IMG/VR virus record: IMGVR_UViG_3300037400_001134
Coordinates: 11,059 to 75,058 of that record
Origin: a virus
Lineage: Duplodnaviria; Caudoviricetes
DNA length: 64,000 nucleotides
Strand: one strand, 5' to 3'
The notes under the pieces: generated by a model
Databases searched by the model: none
Seen by the model: the letters and a program-made list of their open reading frames with translations, nothing else
What the model was told of the DNA's origin: nothing
Position numbers and translations under genes: made by a program
Part shown: piece by piece, positions 57,742 to 64,000 of the stretch
How the letters are laid out: each line of letters opens with the position of its first letter
Numbering within the stretch: the stretch's first letter is position 1

Positions 57742-57900
57742 GTGAAACAGATATTAGAAGAATGGTCTGGCAAGTTTGAAGTTAATGGGGAAATTGATGT
57801 AAACCTCGATAATTTAAAAGTAAAAGATGGTGATGAATTTCATGTAAAGTTATTGTCCAAGAACAGAGAGGTTAAAGATGATTTACTGTCAGCCTACTGA
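57742..57900 (+). CDS. small protein (52 aa, GTG start), not in ORF track
   Basis: SD AAAGGAG; VKQILEEWSGKFEVNG... Confidence 0.6.
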   Translation: MKQILEEWSGKFEVNGEIDVNLDNLKVKDGDEFHVKLLSKNREVKDDLLSAY

Positions 57901-58141
57901 TTGTGAAAATTGTCCTTATGATGATTGTGTAGGGACAATAAGAAAGAAGCCTGGCAGAAAGAAGTTACCACCAGAAGTTTTACATCAAAACAGACTAGAG
58001 CAGAACAGAAGATATCAGGATGCTCATAGAGAAGAGATAAGAAAAAAGAATAGGGAGAGGTATCATAAAAAGAAATATGAAAAAGAGATTAGTAGGGGTA
58101 TTGATTCTAACGTCATTTCTGACGATTTTCGCAGTAACTAA
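57878..58141 (+). CDS. small Cys-motif, highly basic protein
   Basis: CQPTDCENCPYDDC; RKKPGRKK; basic helix. Confidence 0.6.
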   Translation: MIYCQPTDCENCPYDDCVGTIRKKPGRKKLPPEVLHQNRLEQNRRYQDAHREEIRKKNRERYHKKKYEKEISRGIDSNVISDDFRSN

Positions 58142-58634
58142 TAGAAATACTAGAGAAGAAGTTAAAACATCAATCCAGGTCGTAAATATTGAAGAGACAA
58201 AAGTGCCTAAAGCAGATATTATTGATACAGTTATGTTAGATACAGTATCTAATGAAGAATTGCAGGAAGAGATAAGGGATGAGATATTGTATGGCGAGCT
58301 AGAAGAGTTAGCTATATTAGTACAGGCAGAAGCTGGCAATCAAGATGAATTAGGAAAAAGATATGTAGCTGATTGTGTATTGAATCGAGTAGATGACCCT
58401 AGATTTCCAGAATATATACATGATGTTATCTATCAAATGGACCCAGTTCAGTTTGCTACAACAGTAGACGGTGCAATGGGTAAAGCAGGATATACAGTAG
58501 ATGAAGAAACATTCCAGTTAGTATTAGAGGAGTATGAAGATAGGACAAATTCAGAAATACTGTATTTTACTAGCGTAGGATATGTTTCATCTAAACCATT
58601 ATTCAAATATGGGAATCATTATTTTAGTAAATAA
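58077..58634 (+). CDS. SleB-like cell wall hydrolase with N-terminal membrane/signal segment
   Basis: LAILVQAEAG, VADCVLNRV, FP..IHDVIYQ, QF, LYF, GNHYFS. Confidence 0.9.
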   Translation: MKKRLVGVLILTSFLTIFAVTNRNTREEVKTSIQVVNIEETKVPKADIIDTVMLDTVSNEELQEEIRDEILYGELEELAILVQAEAGNQDELGKRYVADCVLNRVDDPRFPEYIHDVIYQMDPVQFATTVDGAMGKAGYTVDEETFQLVLEEYEDRTNSEILYFTSVGYVSSKPLFKYGNHYFSK

Positions 58635-58637
58635 TGT

Positions 58638-58668
58638 TATTGACATTTACGTTGCATATGATACAATA
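58638..58668 (+). promoter_or_regulatory. promoter sharing a 19-bp core with the promoter at 62697
   Basis: TATTGACATTTACGTTGCA identical at 58638 and 62697; -10 TACAAT here. Confidence 0.7.
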
Positions 58669-58714
58669 ATACTATAAACATTATATAACACATTTAAGAA
58701 AAGGAGAAAATGAG

Positions 58715-59020
58715 ATGATTTACGGGAGTATGAGAGAACATGAGTACAAGTTAAGGGGATGTAAGACAGAGATAATGACGGAGATTACGACATTATTACA
58801 TCAGGCTTATGAAGAAGAGGTGCTCACTAAAGAAGATATTCTACAGATTGCAGATATGTCCACAAAGTCTGTAGAAGAGTTAAAGTCAGAGTGTGATGAG
58901 GAATATAAGGATGACCCGCTCTATAAGATATTTAGCAAGATTGCTGATGATGCAAATAACGGTAATGAAGCAGCCGCTGATTTACTGAATATTTTGTTAA
59001 ATGCTATGTTGAAGAAGTGA
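58715..59020 (+). CDS. hypothetical acidic protein (101 aa)
   Basis: SD AAAGGAG. Confidence 0.75.
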   Translation: MIYGSMREHEYKLRGCKTEIMTEITTLLHQAYEEEVLTKEDILQIADMSTKSVEELKSECDEEYKDDPLYKIFSKIADDANNGNEAAADLLNILLNAMLKK

Positions 59021-59027
59021 TAAGAAT

Positions 59028-59148
59028 ACTGTGGTGGCGGAATAGGTAGACGCAAATGAGTTAGAGTATCGGTCTTGTGCGCACAAGCTGTCAATGACTC
59101 GCCAACAAGTAAACGGCTCATGTAAGGTGCAAATCCTTACCCACAGTA
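59028..59148 (+). ncRNA. tRNA-like RNA with class II D arm and T arm but no anticodon arm
   Basis: Acceptor ACTGTGG/CCACAGT; D arm TGGCGGAATAGGTAGACGC; T arm GTAAGG-TGCAAAT-CCTTAC; ~66 nt insert closed by ATGAGTT/GGCTCAT; no encoded CCA. Confidence 0.7.
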
Positions 59149-59170
59149 TTAGTAAAGTGAGGTATGAAGT

Positions 59171-59527
59171 ATGACAAGGGAAGAAGCTAAAAAAGAAATA
59201 GAAAAAGTATTTGAGCCCGCTTTTGCTAACTACATAATAGAAGCATTAACCAAAGGTGCGACAGTATCAGACAGAAAATCAACAGAAATGACAAGAGAAG
59301 AACAACTAGATTGGTTATGCCGATTAAGAAGCGAAATATATGCGTACATGCCTAAAGAGTGGCTAATCCCTATGAATGATGCACTTGATATGGCAATAGA
59401 AACCATGTGCAAGTATCAGAAGATACAAGAAATAGTTAATGCTCCTATCGGTGGAACAAGCGCAAAGTATACTGCGATTGTAAATCTTATTAAATATAGT
59501 GAGGTAGATAAGGGGAATGACAATTGA
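59171..59527 (+). CDS. hypothetical protein, AIETMxKYQK paralogue 1
   Basis: SD GAGGT; shared motif. Confidence 0.75.
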   Translation: MTREEAKKEIEKVFEPAFANYIIEALTKGATVSDRKSTEMTREEQLDWLCRLRSEIYAYMPKEWLIPMNDALDMAIETMCKYQKIQEIVNAPIGGTSAKYTAIVNLIKYSEVDKGNDN

Positions 59528-59762
59528 ACAAAAGATTAAGACTTTAATAGAAATGTATCATTACATCAAAGGCGATGTTCATTTTTGTGGATTTAATGAA
59601 GAAAACGTAACTCAATCACTTGAAACCGCAATAGACACTATGCGCAAGTATCAAAAAATGCAAGAAGTATTAGACAAGGTATGGAATGTACCATCATGTA
59701 TGTTAGATGAAGCGGAGTGTTTAGGTAAGATAATGGAAACTTACAGAACTGTGAGGTATTAG
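59517..59762 (+). CDS. hypothetical protein, paralogue 2
   Basis: LETAIDTMRKYQKMQEV. Confidence 0.75.
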   Translation: MTIEQKIKTLIEMYHYIKGDVHFCGFNEENVTQSLETAIDTMRKYQKMQEVLDKVWNVPSCMLDEAECLGKIMETYRTVRY

Positions 59763-59765
59763 AAG

Positions 59766-59993
59766 ATGGGAATGACGATTGAGGAAATCAAGCAAGCACT
59801 TCACAAAGCTGATTTACAGTTACGTCCTTGGATTGTATTTGCTAGTCCGTCAGATGCCAAAGCTATCAAAGAAGCACTTCCAAGGATAGAGGAAGAAGTT
59901 GTAATACAAGAAACAGAAGCTATTGAAAGCGGTAAAGCTATCGCTATTAAGAGAGAAAAGTTGGAGGTATGGACTTATGGGGATGTCGATTGA
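59766..59993 (+). CDS. hypothetical protein (75 aa)
   Basis: SD GAGGT. Confidence 0.65.
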   Translation: MGMTIEEIKQALHKADLQLRPWIVFASPSDAKAIKEALPRIEEEVVIQETEAIESGKAIAIKREKLEVWTYGDVD

Positions 59994-60225
59994 TGAAGCT
60001 ATTTTGTACATGAAGTTTTATAAAAGAAAATTATTTGATTGGTTTCACAGAACAGATAGAGAGGCTTTTGAAACAGCAATAGAAACCATGCGTAATTATC
60101 AGAAGATAGAAGAGATAGTACAACATTGGATAGACGAGGATTTAGCAAGTGAATCACCATCATTTGCAGATAGTGGAACTATTGAGGATATTATTGAGGT
60201 AATAGAAGATGGAAAGACCGATTGA
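59977..60225 (+). CDS. hypothetical protein, paralogue 3 (start revised from 59923 to 59977)
   Basis: SD GGAGG; FETAIETMRNYQKIEEIV. Confidence 0.7.
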   Translation: MGMSIDEAILYMKFYKRKLFDWFHRTDREAFETAIETMRNYQKIEEIVQHWIDEDLASESPSFADSGTIEDIIEVIEDGKTD

Positions 60226-60445
60226 AAAACTAAGACAGTTACAAGAAGATACTGATAAAAAGCATAAGGACTTAATGATTGAATGTGGTATGTTACAGGG
60301 TAACATCAATCGTATGATGGTTACTCATGACCATGAAGAATTACTGACAATGTTTGCATATGCTCATAAACGTTTAGGGGATATTTATTGGCAGAATAAG
60401 GAAAGAATAAACATGGAGAATATAGAAGATGGAAAGAATGATTGA
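60209..60445 (+). CDS. hypothetical protein (78 aa)
   Basis: Overlapping start; coiled coil. Confidence 0.65.
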   Translation: MERPIEKLRQLQEDTDKKHKDLMIECGMLQGNINRMMVTHDHEELLTMFAYAHKRLGDIYWQNKERINMENIEDGKND

Positions 60446-60830
60446 TGATAGTGTTAAGCAGAAGCTATTGGATTCACTAGCAGAAGAATCAACAATGGTG
60501 ATATCAACAGCTTATGCCTACGCTAAGAACTATGTTATGTACGGAGAAGATATTACAAAAGCATGGACTACCGCAGTACAACAAGCATCTGTAATTCAAG
60601 AAGTTAGACAAAAGGCGTGGGTAGAAGCCTATGATTCTTTTAAGAAAGAGTACGAAAACCGCTTAAAGGCAGATATGGTGGCTATGCTGACAGAGATACA
60701 GTTGGAGATTGAGGAAATGGCACCAACTTATCACAATCAAGATTGGTCTATTACAGACTTGGTTAGTATTAGTGAGGTTAATAAGGTTATCCAACAGAAA
60801 ATCAATGCTTTGAAAGGAGAAGAGGAATGA
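60429..60830 (+). CDS. hypothetical protein (133 aa)
   Basis: Overlapping start; ADMVAMLTEIQLEIE motif. Confidence 0.7.
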   Translation: MERMIDDSVKQKLLDSLAEESTMVISTAYAYAKNYVMYGEDITKAWTTAVQQASVIQEVRQKAWVEAYDSFKKEYENRLKADMVAMLTEIQLEIEEMAPTYHNQDWSITDLVSISEVNKVIQQKINALKGEEE

Positions 60831-61282
60831 CAAACGGAGAAAAAATTAAAGCTGTATTGAAGCCAAGAGAATACGAAATAAAAACCTATGGAGATTGGGT
60901 TGAAATAGAAATACAAAAATTAGGCATAAACTTTAGTTGTATGCTTGATTTTTGGAACGCAGAGTATAAAGAGCCAACTACTAAGAATGATTTAGCAGTT
61001 GAAAAGATTGTAGATGTATTAGGTAGTTATACTGATTTGGATATCCCATATAAGCACAAGATAACAGAAGATATTTTGAATACTCTGACCTCAGTAACAC
61101 CAATAAGACCTAAAGGGCATTGGATGGGCGATAGCTATGGCTATATATGCAGTAATTGTGAACATAGCTTAAATGATTTGGCACAAAGCATGGATTATAT
61201 TTCTTTTAGCAAACCAAAGTATTGCCCTAACTGTGGTGCAGATATGAGAGGGGTAGAAGATGACAAGGGTAGAAGAGATTAA
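60827..61282 (+). CDS. protein with C-terminal Zn ribbon
   Basis: RPKGHW...YICSNC...KYCPNCGADM. Confidence 0.8.
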   Translation: MTNGEKIKAVLKPREYEIKTYGDWVEIEIQKLGINFSCMLDFWNAEYKEPTTKNDLAVEKIVDVLGSYTDLDIPYKHKITEDILNTLTSVTPIRPKGHWMGDSYGYICSNCEHSLNDLAQSMDYISFSKPKYCPNCGADMRGVEDDKGRRD

Positions 61283-61403
61283 CTACATCAAATATATGGT
61301 GTGTTGTCCTATGTGTGATAATGAGAAATGTGTTAGGAAAACAGATAAATGCGAAGCCGAGATTTGGGCAAAGTACAAGACAGAAAGTGAGGAAAAGAAA
61401 TGA
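61260..61403 (+). CDS. small Cys-rich protein (47 aa), not in ORF track
   Basis: VCCPMCDNEKC...KCE; SD GAGAGGG. Confidence 0.6.
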   Translation: MTRVEEINYIKYMVCCPMCDNEKCVRKTDKCEAEIWAKYKTESEEKK

Positions 61404-61558
61404 CAATATGTAAGGATTGTAAATATGGAGTAATTGGTAAATACAGTCAGATATATAGAGGCTGCCCAATAGGATGCTGTAGACCAGATAATGATAGAGC
61501 TTATAATCAAAGAGGTGCTAATGGATGTTTTGTAGCAAAGGAGAAATGCAATGGATAA
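61400..61558 (+). CDS. small Cys-rich protein (52 aa), not in ORF track
   Basis: MTICKDCKY...GCPIGCC...GCF; ATGA overlap. Confidence 0.55.
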   Translation: MTICKDCKYGVIGKYSQIYRGCPIGCCRPDNDRAYNQRGANGCFVAKEKCNG

Positions 61559-61847
61559 TATAGTAGCAGATAATGGATTTGTAATTGGCACATTAGAGCA
61601 TTTAAGATTATTATATTACTGTGCGAGAGAAAAAGATGAATTAGCAGGAAAAGAATTTGACTCAGACAATTATAAATTTGTATTAGGTGCCAGAGTATTT
61701 ATGTCTTTGCAGAAATCTTGTGATACACCATTACCACTGTCTCGTACACCTGATACCATGCCTGTATTATATGGCATCAAAGTCGATGTAGATTATCATA
61801 GACCTGAGGCAGTAGAGTTGTGGAAGAACATGACAAATGAAATATAA
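61551..61847 (+). CDS. hypothetical protein (98 aa)
   Basis: SD AAGGAG. Confidence 0.7.
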   Translation: MDNIVADNGFVIGTLEHLRLLYYCAREKDELAGKEFDSDNYKFVLGARVFMSLQKSCDTPLPLSRTPDTMPVLYGIKVDVDYHRPEAVELWKNMTNEI

Positions 61848-61859
61848 TGGAGATGAATT

Positions 61860-62312
61860 ATGAAGTACGATACTAAGTATGGAAGTTTGAATGTTTTAAG
61901 TCAGAAAACCGTTAAAGATTATATGAGTGATGATGCAATACAAGATGTTGCAAATCTATTGAAGTCAAAAGGTGGCAATAGAAATCAGAGAAGGAGATTA
62001 GAAAGGTCATTAAGTAAAGTAGAAACAGTAATATCCCATGCCCAAAAGAGAGTAGATGACTCCGCATATAGAGAATATCAGAAAGCAGTGGATAAGAATT
62101 ATGTCCACTTCTTCTCATGTTTAGCATTAACTATGATAGAAGATTATGGGTGGAAAGAAACAGAGGATAATGAGCATGGTCAGATAACTTCTTTGTTAGA
62201 GAGGGTGGATAAGAAGATAAAGAAGTATGCCGAGCTAGGATATACTACAGAAGATTTAGTAAGTAAAGTAGAGGACATAACAGGTTTATTATTAGTGCCT
62301 GATGAACACTAA
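61860..62312 (+). CDS. hypothetical protein (150 aa)
   Basis: SD GGAG; NRNQRRR and helical C-terminus. Confidence 0.75.
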   Translation: MKYDTKYGSLNVLSQKTVKDYMSDDAIQDVANLLKSKGGNRNQRRRLERSLSKVETVISHAQKRVDDSAYREYQKAVDKNYVHFFSCLALTMIEDYGWKETEDNEHGQITSLLERVDKKIKKYAELGYTTEDLVSKVEDITGLLLVPDEH

Positions 62313-62324
62313 ATGGAGTAAGCT

Positions 62325-62693
62325 ATGCAAACAATCAAAGAGAAAATAAGACAAAGACGTAGGCAGATGCTAGTACATTCTTATATATATTATGAGTTGG
62401 ACGATAATATAGTAAGTGATACACAATGGGCTAAATGGGCTAAAGAGTTAGAGCAATTACAGAAAGATTATCCTAAAGAATCAGCAGAAGTAGAAGAGTA
62501 TGAGCAGTTTAAAGACTGGGATGGTAGTTCAGGTGCGTTTTTAAATTTTGGAGAAAATATAAAGACCATCGCAAAAATTCTTTTAGAACAGAAAAATTGT
62601 TCCGAAATGTCTAAAACGATACATTTTGTATCGGATTCTACGAAAAAATTTCAAAAAAGCAAAGTTAAATCAAATACTAGGAGTTTATTTTAA
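62325..62693 (+). CDS. stand-alone NAD-dependent DNA ligase domain Ia-like protein
   Basis: RRQMLVHSYIYYELDDNIVSD..W.KW.KEL..LQKDYP matches the LigA N-terminal YY..D...SD motif; no catalytic KxDG domain. Confidence 0.7.
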   Translation: MQTIKEKIRQRRRQMLVHSYIYYELDDNIVSDTQWAKWAKELEQLQKDYPKESAEVEEYEQFKDWDGSSGAFLNFGENIKTIAKILLEQKNCSEMSKTIHFVSDSTKKFQKSKVKSNTRSLF

Positions 62694-62696
62694 ACG

Positions 62697-62726
62697 TATT
62701 GACATTTACGTTGCAAGTAGTATAAT
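62697..62726 (+). promoter_or_regulatory. consensus promoter
   Basis: TTGACA-16-TATAAT; 19-bp identity with 58638. Confidence 0.75.
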
Positions 62727-62775
62727 GAATAATGTAAACGATATATAACATATTATATGAAAAGGAGAAAAACAA

Positions 62776-63069
62776 ATGGAAAACACAGTAGTAAACAATG
62801 TAGTATTGGACAAGAAGTTTGACGGTTATATGTCATCATCAGACCTTCACAACTTCATAGCTCCACAGGAAATCACAGTCACAATTACTATCTCAGAGTA
62901 TAGGGAGTTAGTACAGAAAGTAGCCACAAGAGACGCAGATATTAGTAAGGCAGAATCTGATAGGTACGAAAGAAATCGTAAGATTGCGGCTCTTGAAAAA
63001 GAGAATGCCGAGCTTAGGGCTAAAATCTATGAGTTACAGAACAAGGAAGAGAAGTCAGATGAGACCTAA
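62776..63069 (+). CDS. hypothetical coiled-coil protein
   Basis: SD AAAGGAG; TVTITISEYRELV. Confidence 0.75.
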   Translation: MENTVVNNVVLDKKFDGYMSSSDLHNFIAPQEITVTITISEYRELVQKVATRDADISKAESDRYERNRKIAALEKENAELRAKIYELQNKEEKSDET

Positions 63070-63409
63070 GAATTTTAGTACAAGGTACTACTCATCTAAA
63101 CAAGAAAAGAAAGTAGCAAAAGCTATTGGTGGTAAACAGACTGCCAATAGCGGGGCTACAAAGTGGAGTAAGGGGGACTGCCTTAACGATTTATTTCTCA
63201 TAGAGTGTAAGACTCATACAGAGTTCCGTGAAAACTTCACAGTAAAGCATGATTGGATAGATAAAAACAGAGAAGAGGCATTCCAGATGGGTAAAAGATA
63301 TTCCGCACTGGTTTTAGATTGGGGCGACCATGAAAACCACTACTTAATTTCTGAATCATTATTTTTACAATTATTAGATTATCTTAGGGAGTGTAATAAA
63401 GATGGCTAA
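63059..63409 (+). CDS. PD-(D/E)XK nuclease / Hjc-like resolvase (start revised from 62984 to 63059)
   Basis: SKQEKKVAK..GG....NSGA....KGD.....FLIECKT. Confidence 0.8.
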   Translation: MRPKNFSTRYYSSKQEKKVAKAIGGKQTANSGATKWSKGDCLNDLFLIECKTHTEFRENFTVKHDWIDKNREEAFQMGKRYSALVLDWGDHENHYLISESLFLQLLDYLRECNKDG

Positions 63410-63554
63410 TTGCAGAAATTGTGAGAGATATTGGTGTGAACATAAATATGGTGAGATATTACAAGATGATTGTAAAGATTATCGACCTCATTATGTAGAT
63501 GTTGATGTGCCAATAGGAAATAGCGAGGATAAAGATGAAATTCAGCATACTTGA
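63402..63554 (+). CDS. small Cys-rich protein (50 aa), not in ORF track
   Basis: MANCRNCERYWC...DDCKDY; SD AGGGAG. Confidence 0.55.
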   Translation: MANCRNCERYWCEHKYGEILQDDCKDYRPHYVDVDVPIGNSEDKDEIQHT

Positions 63555-63675
63555 GTATCTAAAAGAAGAGGAGAAAAAGAAAAGAGAACGGGAAATACAA
63601 CTATATGAGGAACTAGAATATATGTATGAATGTGGATTATATAATCCCCATGAAGATGCAGGAGATAGAATATGA
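63535..63675 (+). CDS. small protein (46 aa), not in ORF track
   Basis: SD GAGG; MKFSILEYLKEEEKKK. Confidence 0.45.
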   Translation: MKFSILEYLKEEEKKKREREIQLYEELEYMYECGLYNPHEDAGDRI

Positions 63676-63839
63676 GTTATAAAAGAGATTTTGAAGAGGC
63701 TATGGATAGCATTAAAGATGATGTACAGACAGTACAAGGAGAGCTGATTGATATTCTTGATATGGATAATATCGAAGATATGAAAATAGCCATTTCGGAT
63801 GCCATTCAAACAGTAACTACATTATTGGAGGAGCTATGA
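63672..63839 (+). CDS. small acidic protein (55 aa), not in ORF track
   Basis: SD AGGAG; ATGA overlaps at both ends. Confidence 0.6.
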   Translation: MSYKRDFEEAMDSIKDDVQTVQGELIDILDMDNIEDMKIAISDAIQTVTTLLEEL

Positions 63840-64000
63840 ATAAGACTCAAAAAGTAAAAGAGCATCTATTGAGATTTGGCAGTATTACTTCTTGGGATGC
63901 CATAAATCTTTATGGCGAAACAAGATTATCTGATGTAATATTAAGACTCCGAAAGAAAGGATATGATATCAGAACTATCATGGTAGAGTTTACAGACAGA
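63836..64000 (+). CDS. winged-HTH protein, 3'-truncated by window edge
   Basis: QKVKEHL...GSITSWDAINLYG.TRLS.VI.RLRKKGYDI. Confidence 0.75.
   Translation, partial: MNKTQKVKEHLLRFGSITSWDAINLYGETRLSDVILRLRKKGYDIRTIMVEFTDR

Noticed and set aside
59028-59148. Ordinary decoding tRNA (Leu/Ser)
   Set aside because: No 5-bp stem with a 7-nt anticodon loop at the expected position, a non-canonical T loop and a length of about 120 nt.
1-64000. Lysogeny module or 7-deazaguanine modification genes
   Set aside because: No integrase, divergent repressor pair, or dpdA/folE/queC/queD/queE-like motifs were recognised; they could still lie outside the window.

Overview
This window is most of a tailed dsDNA phage genome (siphovirus-type, A118/SPP1-like morphogenesis genes). 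The host is very probably a Bacillota/Clostridia anaerobe, judging from strong AAGGAG Shine-Dalgarno sites, a CHAP/Cpl-7 endolysin, RecU and SleB homologues. Essentially all credible genes lie on the + strand, and I see no integrase, repressor cassette or CRISPR array. Order: small early genes (1-5.4 kb); packaging, head, tail, fibres and lysis (5.9-32.2 kb); a conserved uncharacterised accessory cassette (32.2-36.7 kb); replication and recombination genes including a glycosyltransferase cluster (36.9-57.6 kb); and small accessory genes plus a tRNA-like RNA (57.7-64 kb). The most striking unexplained structures are: (1) a ~1.1 kb island (about 4570-5700) almost purged of CC and GG dinucleotides, carrying a proline-free gene and sitting next to a CCATT/GGCC-saturated block; (2) three paralogous TET-associated-type glycosyltransferases between the DNA polymerase and sliding clamp genes, with no base-hydroxylating enzyme visible in the window; (3) a ~110 nt promoter- and terminator-bounded RNA at 39.7 kb that is antisense to the early-gene leaders; (4) a 120 nt tRNA-shaped RNA whose anticodon arm is replaced by a long insert; and (5) a cassette of low-complexity, Cys-rich and BclA-like proteins. 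Family assignments come from motif recognition by eye, and all counts are hand counts; no database search was run.
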